From positions 187,683,286-187,727,063 of the forward strand of contig NC_068981.1 of NCBI RefSeq assembly GCF_001194135.2: 43,778 nucleotides of DNA, read 5' to 3'. Source of the DNA: Octopus bimaculoides (taxonomy: Eukaryota). The notes below the pieces were generated by a model. It ran no database searches. It was not told the DNA's origin and worked only from the letters and a program-made list of their open reading frames with translations. The position numbers and the translations under genes are program-made. Below, in pieces: positions 22,907-34,362 of the stretch (position 1 is the stretch's first letter; each line of letters begins with the position of its first letter).

Positions 22907-22985
22907 CTTTAAATTGATTGAATTCTTCGTTTCTGTCTTTTGTGTTACAACTTTAAATTGATTGAATTCCTCGTTTCTGTCTTTT
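22907..22985 (+). repeat. Local tandem duplication (35-bp unit, 44-bp period)
   Basis: CTTTAAATTGATTGAATTC(T/C)TCGTTTCTGTCTTTT at 22907 and 22951, with one mismatch. Confidence 0.9.
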
Positions 22986-23439
22986 CTCTCCTCAAACTTT
23001 TCAAATCGTATTTCGTGAGTTAATTTTGACAAACTTTCCCGTGTTTTTGTGTCAGATTTGTTCTTCTTTTCATTGCACGTTATATGTAACATAGAAGTTT
23101 ACTATATATTTCTGTGATTCTCTATATTTCGTCGATTATTTATCCAAATAATTATCACTGCTCCATTTACAAAACATATATAAACCACTCTATTGTTTTA
23201 TGTATTTATGTTATTATTCAGTTTATTTCACGATTTCTTGCCAATAGAGAAAGAACCAGTTTCTTACCTAAATCCAAGGTTCTTTCATTGGAATTTCAAC
23301 ATCAACAACAGTATTTTTGTTTTTATGTATGTATGTATGTATGTATGTATGTATGTATGTATGTTCAGATTTCTATGTTTTATGTATGTATTCTCATGCA
23401 TATAGTTACATATCAAGACGTGTTCATATATATTTAGAT

Positions 23440-23715
23440 GATAAACTTCTGGAAAGTTTTACAGTTCCAGTAATGGATTGGATCTGTAGTCTTCGAATTA
23501 GCTTCTCTTTTCTGGTTTCGAGAAGCCTAATTTCTCAAGATGGTATTTAGGCAGTGTGTTACATATCGCAGGGCCCCAATAATTCCAGGTATAAACCTGA
23601 ACTTGTAATCTGCAGATTTTCAATAGTTTAGAATAGGTATTCTCTTTTTCACTGATCTTCAGCTTTATGCTAACATCTGCTGGGCAGCTGTGTACAAACC
23701 CGCCCCCACACACAA
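23440..23715 (-). pseudogene. 3' fragment of an RLE-type (restriction-like endonuclease; R4/NeSL/CRE-like) non-LTR retrotransposon
   Basis: Frameshifted translation SCPADVSIKLKISEKENTY...DYKFRFIPGIIGALRYVTHCLNT...LEKLGFSKPEKR..LIRRLQIQSITGTVK. This matches the xxCP...K..EK..KY and PxxIGALG pattern at the end of RLE ORFs. Confidence 0.7.
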
Positions 23716-24180
23716 CACTTTTACTCTTGTATTTTTTACTCAAAATCAGGAACTTTTCGCCCCCTCAATACACACATATACATATACATATTTATATATA
23801 GTCGTATACATATATTTATTTACATAGAAGCAACACACATACATACACGTAGTGTAATATTCAATATCTCAAGAAAATAATAAAGATTTGGTTTTGAAAA
23901 ATTAAACAAAAGTAAAGTTGAAAATAAGTAAAGTTAATTTGCCGTAAGTGGTATGTCTGACGTTTGTAGTATTGTCTTCCGCATGAAAGTATATAGGGAG
24001 AGATTGTGTTTGGGGTTATCGTTTCTTCCTCTTGACTACACTTTTAGATAAACGGAAAGCCTCAAAATTTTATAGTTTTCATCCTACGTGGTAAATATAT
24101 TTAAATTATGTATGTATGTATGTATGTATGTATGTATGTATGTATGTATGTATGTATGTATGTATGCATATATGTATGCA

Positions 24181-24237
<57 letters not shown>

Positions 24238-24556
24238 TATCTTATTTGGTTGAACGCCAGGCATCCATTTCGAAGTAAGTTTATCTTAATATTTTTGATG
24301 CGACTCTACTCTCTGTTGTTCTCTTTCCCTATCGTTTTCCCTCTCATCCTTTCTTTAATTCCTTTATTTCCCATCTTCACCCTTTTCTATCTGTCTGTCT
24401 CTCTCTCTCTCCCTCTTTCTCCTTTGCTCTCTTTCGTTTCTCACACGTGACCATCGTCCATCTTTCTTTTCCTCACGTGATCATCTGTCTTTTCCTTCAG
24501 GGCTATCATAAAACTGCACGTATCCTATCTGTCTCTCTCTTCTATCTTTTTCTCCA

Positions 24557-24719
24557 GCGTTCGTTATTTTACCTTCGTCTGGAGTAAATAGCGGTTCGGC
24601 AAAAGGGGTCGATAAAATAAGTAATAGGTTTACAAGGAATACATCCTGGGGTCGATTTCTTCGACTAAAACCACCCGACTGCGGCCATGCTGTCGACCCC
24701 AGGATGTATTCCTGGTAAA
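24557..24719. mobile_element. Rearranged family B module 2 with fold-back inverted duplication
   Basis: 24629-24655 and 24693-24719 are reverse complements (26/27), flanking an antisense piece of the element's own tail (24676-24692). Confidence 0.8.
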
Positions 24720-24954
24720 TCTCTCTCTCTCTCTCTCTCTNNNNNNNNNNNNNNNNNNNNNNNNNNNNNNNATATATATATATATATATATATACATACA
24801 TACACATATACATATACAGGCATGTACATCGATCGGATTACGTATTTGCTTGCATTTTATAAAATTCATTTACATAAAAAGAACGCATTGAATATGTTTA
24901 TACAAATGTATGCGCAAATTTAAGTTTATTTTGTGTGTGTAAGACACGCAGACA

Positions 24955-25055
24955 TACACTTATGGGTTTATGATCACAACCGCAAAGTTATTGTTTCGAT
25001 TTCTGAACTGGCTGAGGCATTCTCCGGAGGGGTACTTTATTTCACGTTGTTCCGT
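24955..25055 (+). mobile_element. SINE family C, degenerate
   Basis: ATCACAACCGCAAAGTTATTGTTTCGATTTC...TACTTTATTTCACGTTGTTCC. Confidence 0.45.
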
Positions 25056-25326
25056 TGGTGGTGTTTTCTCTCTTTCCAACTTTCACTATTTCGATATTCT
25101 AATGTGCCAAGGGCAAAATGTGATTGAGCGGATTTGTAAACAATCGATATAGGATAGGCATCGTTGGCAGTTAATAGAAGCAACGTTCTACTAAACAGGT
25201 CAGTCTCGCTTGTGAACAAACGAATACCCCTTCTTCGTATTCAAATTAAGATGAATCCTGAATCTGTTCCTTGTTCCAGTCATCGGACAGCGGCCACATA
25301 CTTGTGCACCGCCTTAATGGGGTTTT

Positions 25327-25568
25327 AGTTGTTCAAAAAGTGTGTTCAAAAAGTCTCTCCGCAGTATGTATTTAATGGTTTTTGGGCAATTCTTGTACAC
25401 TGATCCTTTACTTGCTCCCCAGAAAGTCTGGCGGTGTTAAATCAGGTGATCTTGGTGGCCAAAATCCCTTCGAAATAATCCGTTCACGAAAAACTCTTGA
25501 AGTAGCGCCATTGTGATGCGCAGGATGGAAAAAAATTCACTGCGGAGAGAGATTTTGAACACCCGGTA
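25327..25568 (-). mobile_element. MITE-sized deletion derivative of a Tc1/mariner (maT/rosa-like) element
   Basis: Imperfect TIRs at 25342-25365 and 25539-25562; the right end finishes ...CACCCGGTA. The interior translates RERIISKGFWPPRSPDLTPPDF-WG..KGSVYKNCPKTI. Confidence 0.8.
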
Positions 25569-26174
25569 TCATTTAAATTTTAGATATGCTTTCGTATTAA
25601 TGGTATTCCGGTATATATTAAAAAAGAATAGCAAGTGATATTAAGCAATGGCCAGGTGAAAATTAATATAAAAATATGATAGAAGGATATCTAGATAAGA
25701 TATTTCATAGAAAGAACAACCTAAATTTCAACATAAAAGAAATAAGTAAAGAAATCGTTGGGCTATTTACAATTGTAAGAATTTATGGTTCTCTTCTCCC
25801 TTTTATAGGAAATTTCTCACAGATGTATTTTTTGATGCCAATGTCGAAAATATTGAGAATGGATCGATCGATCTGCTTGGTTAATATTGTATAAGTTTTC
25901 TATCTTTGAAGATTCATAGATTTTTATTATACTCAAAGAAACAGTTGCGAGTAATTTTAACAATCGTTTCCACCCGTTTTGAAATTTTTGTAATTAGTAT
26001 CAAGAACTACATTTGAGTAGAACTGTGCAATGAAATCCGAATGAATTTATGAAACCTAAGATTCAAAATATCTTGGTAAGCCTTCAAGGTCATGTATGAT
26101 CTAGGGCTAAACTACAGCAAGAACAGCAGCAACAAGAATGAAGCTATATTGTTATGTGCGATAGTTACTCATGA

Positions 26175-26363
26175 GAAATGTTTGGCAAAAGTCCAGTAAT
26201 TTTGACGGAGGGTCAGTCAATGACATCGACACCGGAGCTCCACTGCTGCTCCCTGAACGATGAACGGTAAAGTCGACCTCGCAAGTATTTGAACCTAGAG
26301 CGTAAGGAACCGGAAAAAATGACGCTAAGCATTTGATCCGATTTGCTTACAATTCTACCAGCT
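26175..26363 (-). mobile_element. SINE family A, degenerate
   Basis: AAAGTCGACCTCG...ATTTGAAC...GCTAAGCATTT...CCAGCT. Confidence 0.75.
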
Positions 26364-26931
26364 TATATTGAAAAAAAAAAAAAACCATCGTTGATGATCG
26401 CCTTGTCTAACCGTGAGGCCTTGACATTTCGAGATATCAATAAAATAAGTATAAATAAAATAAAATGAATTAAATAGATATGCATGGAGAAGAATATAGA
26501 ATTGACAATGTTATTTTGTTGGAACGAAACCGTTGTAGAAAACGAAACAAAGATGAGTTGCTACGAATCATGTCTCAGCAGTTTTAAAAGCAGATTAAAT
26601 ACAACTGGGATTATATAACAATATATCCGAAAACAAACACATGTAGCGAACAAAATGCAGAAAAAAATATTTACAAAATTGTGAGCGTCTGCAGAAAATC
26701 GTTTGCTCACACAAAAATATAGATAAGGGAAAAACTAGAAAACAATAAACGCGAACAAGAAATAATACGAAGAAAAAAACTGCTGTTCAAAAAAGTATGC
26801 ATTTAGAATAATGCACAAGTAATTTGTACATGTGATACATATACATACATACATACATACATACATACATACACACATACCAACAATTATACATATACAT
26901 GTGCGTGTGTGTGTATTTATCTATATATTTA

Positions 26932-26972
<41 letters not shown>

Positions 26973-28022
26973 TTATGTATATATATATTTCTATGTTTGT
27001 GAATATATATATATACATACATATATATATATATTAATACATATATATATATTTGTATATGTATGCATATGCATAATGCCTGTAAGTATGGAAAGAAAGG
27101 AAAAGAACAAAAAGAGGTGGAAGTAAGGAAGAACAGGAAAATGTAATGAGAGGTAGACCGACAAAATGCATAGCATACATAATGAGAGAGATACCGAGAT
27201 AGAAAGAGATAGAGGGAAAATGAAATAGACGTAAATGTATATAATTTCATTGGCGTACATGAAGATAAGCGCTTAGACGAAGCTAGTTGTACGGGCATAA
27301 TAATAACAAGACAACTACACACAGAAAAACAGTCTCATAACTGATGAACTATACAGAATCATAAACATATGCGCATATATTCTCGATGGTACAAACCCAC
27401 GCATAGGCATAACAAAGCAATCCTTTGTGAAGTCATCTGTATTGTATTCAAACAATTATTGGTTCCGCTTAAAAGTACATTATTAGACCATTATTGCTGT
27501 GTAGGAACCATTGGGTAGGTTAGTGGGACGGTTGTTGTGTATTCCTTCACTTGTGCTATTTTGTTTAATATGCTTTTATACCTTCAATTCTTCTACTGGT
27601 TATAATCACTAGAGTACGTCCAAGCAGGAGTACTACTTTCAGAGCCTTTTACTCGATCATAGTTATCACACTAATTCATTATCGGTTTTTGTTTCAATGT
27701 TTGTTTAATATATTTTCACATAACACCAGTTTTGTTTCAACCGATGATGATGTATAAAACATACGAAAACCACCACAGACATACATGCATACACTCCCCA
27801 TCCACACATACACCGTATTGTATGTCGTAATCTATTCAGTGTCTTGTTTTAAGCTAGCTTCATATTTGTTCTTCTGGTGTTTTCATGTTTCTGTTTTGTT
27901 ATCATAATCATCAAAATACTTTGTGAGAGCAGAAGATAATGGCTGTAATTTTATTTGTTGTTTAATAAAAAAACTATACACAGAATTCAACAAATTGTTC
28001 TCAATTGTTCTCAATTGTTCGA

Positions 28023-28136
<114 letters not shown>

Positions 28137-28437
28137 GAATATATGAATAGAAGCATGCACACGGACACAGACACACGGAGACACACACGCACACGCACAC
28201 GCACATGTATAATTATATAGTTCGATTTAAGTTGTACAACATCTAACTACAAAACATACAGATCGTATTCTTGTATATCCGATGGAAACCTGTGTGGAGG
28301 AAAAGTATTATAGTCCAAAGTTAAGTTGATCACAATAGATTTATAGTACATATAATAAAACGTAGGTAAGGTCAAGTTACTAAATATTTTTTAAATAGTC
28401 TTTTCTGCTTTCTTCTCTCTCTCTCTCTCAGGAGCAT

Positions 28438-28486
<49 letters not shown>

Positions 28487-29003
28487 GGTTCTCAGTCCCC
28501 CCATTTGGATGTGAGCATTTTTCTTCTTTCTCCTTTCTCTGCTGATGTGGATAGATTTATTACTATATATATTAATATTAATACTTATTAATATATATAT
28601 CAAATTATCCTTCCTTCATTTTTCTCAACCGGCACCGACATGAGAGAGGCAATGTACATTTTATAGTCTTTGTGTGAAAATCCTAAATGTCAAATCTAAT
28701 TTTTATTCACCTGCAGAAAACGGATTTTTTATCTTTAAATGATGTAATTGAATTGTTCATCCATAAAAAAAAAACACATCTGAAACAAATGTAGTGAGCC
28801 TTAGTCCATTTGTGTTATCATTTATACTACACCACACTCGGAGCCTCAAGATCTTGAGCCTATATGCTGGAGCATACTCTTGTGTAATTTTACGTTAATA
28901 CACGCGGGTGTGCTGACCTTGACGCTACACATATATACATATATGTATTTATATTAACATGTAATTTCATATTTGTATTTGCATGCTCTTTCTCTGTCTG
29001 TGT

Positions 29004-29368
29004 TCTTTTTTTCTTTCATTCTTTTATTCCTTTACCTGTTTTAGTCATTTGACTGCTGTCTTGCTGGAGCATCGTCTTGAAGTGTTTTTTTTCGAGCAAT
29101 TCGACCCCAGGACTTATTCTTTAGTCTAGTACTTATTCTAGCGATCTGTTACAGGGGCGTAAACATACAAACACCGGTTGTCAAGCAACAATGGGGGGGG
29201 GGGCAAACACACACACACACATATATTTGACGTGCTTATTTAAGTTTGCGTATACCAAATCCACTCACACGGCTTTGGTCGGCCCGAAGTTATAGTAAAA
29301 GACATTTACCCAATGTGCCACGCATTGGGACTGAATCCGCAATTATGTGGTTGGGAAGCAAGCTTCTT
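29004..29368 (-). mobile_element. SINE family B with short spacer, 5'-truncated
   Basis: Both modules are recognisable; the spacer is only about 25 bp of (CA)n(TA)n. Confidence 0.85.
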
Positions 29369-29699
29369 TATAGTTGTAATTTTCTATTTGCAATTGTTTG
29401 TATATATATATATCAATGACCCGCCCCACAGGATTTGTTACCATAGAAAGCTGAACTATTGCTGGGTATATTTCGGAAGCTGATTGCAAAAAATAAGAAA
29501 AATAATGGCATCAGTATTTGTGTTGTAACCAGAAACTCGCAAATTAATTACATGCCATATTAAATTATATTTTGTAAAATTATAATAACAATATTAATGC
29601 TAATACTATATCACACACACAATTAAAAAAATCAAATGTTTATGAATCAACCTATTTCTTCTCAAAATCTCTTAATAAAAGCATAGAAAATTTAAGATA

Positions 29700-30075
29700 T
29701 TTATTTGTCTATGAAGTGAATTCCCTGGGCTGAGTAGGTAGAAACATAAAGCAGAGATATTTTATGGTTTCCTCATTAGAGGGCTTATCAAACTTCCACA
29801 TTTCTTAGAGCCAATGGACAACATTGGCTCTTATGCAAACTCACAGTTTGTTCTGTAGGGTCAAACACTTTCTTGCTCAACATAAAGCAGACAAGTCTGA
29901 ATTCATATATTTCACAGTAACATTTGCAACAAGGTGCATTATGTCCGTTGTCGCTTAAATCACTTTTCAGAAAAGCTTTGTGATTTCAACAAAGATTTAG
30001 GCAAAAGATTTCACAGAAGATATATCAACGACTTACTGTTAAGACATTCTGCAGGATTACTCTGGTAAATTTTAG
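29700..30075 (+). pseudogene. Decayed DNA-transposase C-terminal fragment, Chapaev3 (CMC)-like
   Basis: Translation FPGLSR*KHKAEIFYG..IRGLIK.PHFLEPM...SQFVL / VKHFLAQHKAD / KVHYVRCRLNHFSEKLCDFNKDLGKRFH. This parallels the recalled motifs KLKAGIFDGPQIR, VKNFLGN.KA and KVHYLHSHLDxFPxNLGDxSxExGERFH. The superfamily name is from memory. Confidence 0.65.
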
Positions 30076-30258
30076 TTCATAAAGTGAATTTTCAAATACA
30101 AGCTTCATGTATGTTGATTGACTGATCATATTTCTGTTTTAGGTTTAGTTAAAGTTAATATTACTTTAAATGCACTTCCTTCTAAGCCTTTCTGCTGAAA
30201 TAAATTGATTTAGTGATGCTCTCAGCAGGTTGCGAACGAAATACGAAAGAATATTTTA

Positions 30259-31475
30259 TTAGGTTGTCAAGAAAGTTCTTGCGGTTTTTAACCTTTAAAT
30301 TCAGATGCACATATCTCGACTCAAACAAAACTTTATTAATAAACACCATCAGAATCACAAATGTCAATAGCGTAAAATTCCTGCGTTCTGGTGGCGATGA
30401 AGTCGTTGAAGGCATGTTTGGCATCGTCTTGATTTTTGAAGCATTTCTCACGCAGGAAGTTGTCGAGATGCTTGAAAAAGTTGTAGTCGGTAGGCGAGAG
30501 ATCTGGTGAGTATGGCGGATGAGGCAGAGTTTCGTAGCCCAATTCGTTCAGCTTCTGCGGGGTCAGTTGAGCGACGTGCGGCCTAGCGTTGTCGTGGAGA
30601 AGAGTTGGTTCTTTTCTATTGATCAATGCTAGCTGTTGTTGGAGTTTCTTATGCATTTCATCCATTTGCTGACAGTACTTCTCCGCCGTAATGGTTTCGC
30701 CTGGTTCCAAAAAGCAGTGATGGATGAGACCGGCTGCAGACCACCAAACAGCCACCATGACCTTCTTTTGGTGCAACTTTGGCTTCGGGAAGTGCCGTGG
30801 AGCTTCGTCGGTGTCCAACCACTAAACTGAGCGTCACCGGTTGTCGTAACGAATCCACGTTTCATCGCAAGTCACAATCCGGTCGAGAAACGGGTCGTTC
30901 TTGTTGCGTAAAAGAAGGGAAGACAGCACTTCAAAACAGCGTTTTTTCTTTTGGTTGTCGTTCAATTCATGCAGCATCCATTTCTCAATTATTTTTGTTT
31001 TCCCAATCTCTTTCAAGCGGTTGGAAATTGTCGTATACGTTACATCTAATTCAGAAGCAAGCTCTCGAACAGTAGTGCGTGGATTAGCTTTGACTAAGGC
31101 TCATAGTTGATCGTTGTCAACATCCGATGGTCGACCACTGTGCTTATCATCTTCAACTCTCGCGTCACCGTTACGAAATTTCTTGAACCACCATTGTGCT
31201 GTACGTTCATTAGTGGTTCCTGGGCCAAACGCATCGTTGATATCGCGAGCTGTTTCAGCAGCTTTTCGGTCTAGCTTGTACTGGAATAAGAAAATTGTGC
31301 GAATTTGCTTTTTGCCTAATTATTCAAAAGGAAAAAGAGTAACACGATTAGATAGAGCGAAAAACAGGCTTTAAAATTATATATAAAGTCAAAATAATTT
31401 AACGAAAATAGATTTGAAAATACATCCTTTAAAACCAAAATTAAAAATTCCGCAAGAACTTTCTTGTCAACCTAA
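30259..31475 (-). mobile_element. Near-full-length mariner (cecropia/Hsmar1-like, D,D34D) with TIRs and TA target-site duplication
   Basis: TIRs TTAGGTTGTCAAGAAAGTTCTTGCGG (30259-) and CCGCAAGAACTTTCTTGTCAACCTAA (-31475), with one mismatch. TA at 30257-58 and 31476-77. Confidence 0.97.
30336..31319 (-). pseudogene. Mariner transposase pseudogene
   Basis: A single frame gives LGKKQIRTIF...WFKKFR...SGRP...VTCDETW...HDNARPH...YSPDLSPTD, with 34 residues between the last two Asp. It has in-frame stops at 31101-03, 30834-36 and 30822-24, no start ATG, and a small C-terminal deletion. Confidence 0.95.
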
Positions 31476-31871
31476 TATCTATTCTAAAGTCTGTAGGATA
31501 TTGCTGTGGAAGTTTTTCTGTGTAACATTTTCATCGTGGAAATTCATTAACGGAAAGGAAAAGCAGGCCTTATTCTCGAAATAAGTCGCATTGGCGTTTC
31601 CAATATACAAAATATGATACCAAATAACATAATTTCTGCTTTGCATTCAAATTTGCAAATACCAATATGACATAGTGTATAGCGTAGGTTCCTTTTAATG
31701 ATATCTTCCAATGCAAAACAATTATAACCGTCTTTCAACCATACAAGAGACAATGCGTCAAGTTTTGTTTCTAAATTACAGCCGTGGAAGACAAGAATCG
31801 AAATCCAATTTCTGCGAATACAAGATCTGTTCGTATATCTAAATTATATATATGATACACACATACGCGCG

Positions 31872-31928
<57 letters not shown>

Positions 31929-32749
31929 NNNNNNNNNNNNNNNNNNNNNNNNNNNNNNNNNNNNNNNNNNNNNNNNNNNNNNNNNNNNNNNNNNNNNNNN
32001 NNNNNNNNNNNNNNNNNNNNNNNNNNNNNNNNNNNNNNNNNNNNNNNNNNNNNNNNNNNNNNNNNNNNNNNNNNNNNNNNNNNNNNNNNNNNNNNNNNNN
32101 NNNNNNNNTATATATATATATATATATATATATATGCGTTTCGAGATGCATATCTTGTTTAATTAGTCACGAATTTGTGCTTACTTTCCAGTTTTGTAAG
32201 GTGATGTATTTTCATCGATTTCATTGATTCCTCTGATACTTATTTTTAGTGGATTGTACATAATTTTCCACGAATACATACATACATACATGCATATATT
32301 CATACATGCATACGTACATGCATTCATACATACATTCATACGTGCGTGTGTGTTTGTGTGTACATGTTATTTGATTAGCTCATGATTTGCGTTTACGTTT
32401 CAGATTTTTTAGTGTGATGCACGCCGATCGATTTCCTTAATTCTGCTAATTCCGTTTTGCGACACTTGAGTATAATTTGTAATCGGAACAGGTAAATATC
32501 AAGCTGGATATGCTATTGCATTATGCTAGCCATGTATACTTTCAGTCACACCAAGACGAGGAAGGTGTTTATACGGTCACCTGGCTTGCTAATCACAATA
32601 TTATATGTACTTTAAATCTAGCGTTTCATTTCTAAAACATGAAAGAGACTTCAGCAACATTTCTCATATCATTGATTTTTTTCTGAATAAAGATGCTCTG
32701 ATCACGGCCTTCGTAGGCTCACCGAGTCTCTTGCAACAAACGTTATTCA

Positions 32750-33170
32750 TGTCAGTTTTATAGGGTTGGAAGTGGACACTTGTAGGAAGATCGTTTACAC
32801 GGGAATGAAATCCGGAGCGTTAATGTTCATGGTAGAAATGGCTGGGTATATTTATTAGTAGAAGCCCTTTGCAAAGTTAAGGAGAGGACGAGTGGTGAAC
32901 GAGTGGGATGAGTTGAGCAGGCTCCATGGATCATTTCTATCACTGTAGTTGTGTTAGAAATGGTAGAAAGCAGCTAGGCAAGAGTTTAAGGAAACAACTC
33001 TTCTATCGGCTAGAGATGTGAGTGTTGGTGAGTGACAAGATCTAATCATTCAAGAAGCGTTTCTTTGTAGCGTGCAAAAGCGGAATTTCCTAAATATGTG
33101 AGAGCAGTATTGCATTGTGGGTCCAATGAAAGATTTGTAGAGGGTTAGTAGTATTTAGGGTCTACGTGAC
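32750..33170 (-). pseudogene. 3' end of a CR1/L2/Jockey-type LINE ORF2 relic
   Basis: Translation ILLTLYKSFIGPTMQYCSHI...LQRNA..I...LTSLADRRVV matches the post-RT LYK..IRP.LEYC..W / QR.A / L.SL..RR pattern. Confidence 0.7.
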
Positions 33171-33320
33171 ACTTTTGGAGAAATTTCTTCGAGGTCATAT
33201 GCATGTTATCGTTATTAAAGATTATTTGTTATTAATTTCCACTTTGAAATATTTGATACCGGATTCCTCGAGTAAAAATGAAAACAGAAAATATATAATC
33301 TCCTGTAAATATGCATCATT

Positions 33321-33706
33321 TGTCTTTTACTTGTTTCAGTCATTGTGGCCAAGCTGGGGCACTGTCTTTCAGAATTTTTAGTCGAATGAATCGACCCCAG
33401 TACTTATATTTTAAATCTGGTACTTATCCTATCGGTCTTTCTAGCCAAACTATTAAGTTACAAGGACGTAATCACACCAGCACCGGTGATGGGGGGAAAC
33501 ACAGATACAAAGGCACACACACAAACACACACAAACACACACGCGATGGGCTTCTTTTACTTTTCGTCTACGAAATCCACCCACAGGATTTTGGTCAGCA
33601 CGAGGATAAAGTAGAAGACACTCGACCAAGGTGTCATGCAGTGGGATTGAACCCGGAATCATGTCAATGGGAGCAAGCTTCTTACCACACTGCCATGCCT
33701 GCATCT
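33321..33706 (-). mobile_element. Full bipartite SINE family B, diverged
   Basis: Module 2, a (CA)n spacer and module 1 are all recognisable. Confidence 0.88.
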
Positions 33707-34311
33707 GATGCAAATATATTTTATCTAACAAATAAAAATACTGTGGGTTACTGCAGGTCATAGTTGAGAAAATTAAAAAGACGAAAGTTAGATTGAGCCC
33801 ATAAGAAAGTAGTTCTGCTTGCAAGTTGGAGTGCTCGGTCAAAATACCGGCTTCCTTTTCTGGTGCCGAATGCCGGCATATTTCTAGATATACTCTACCG
33901 GAACAATTTTCGTAATAAATATGTTTCTGTTCAGATAATTTGGTCTAAAGGAATATTTTAATTCTATCAGACCTTACCAGTTTTTCAAAATGTTGAGCTT
34001 CTTTGAAGAATCATGAGGATTCTGTAATTTTCAAAACAGGATTTATTAAATTACCTATATGTTCTATCTACATGCTTTTTAGACAAAAATAAACTAATAC
34101 TGGTTGTACGATTTATTGAGACCGATTCGTAGACAGGATAGGTAAGGTATTTCATTATTTTATAATTTAGCAGAAATATTTCCTTTAATACTTTCTGCTG
34201 CAAATACGTAAAATATTCAAGAAGCTTAGCACGTAATATGGTCCACATATGCAATGATACCTACGCCTGCCAACATGTGTGCATGGGTATATAAATTTGT
34301 GTGTGTGTGCC

Positions 34312-34362
<51 letters not shown>

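Noticed and set aside
27741-27780. CCGATGA...CGAAA hammerhead-like string
   Set aside because: No stem I or stem III partner was found.
33978-34021. 44-nt minus-strand candidate exon (TTACAG|...CTG|GTAAGG, NPHDSSKKLNILKN)
   Set aside because: It is isolated with no homology, and such signal pairs are expected by chance in 44 kb of AT-rich DNA.
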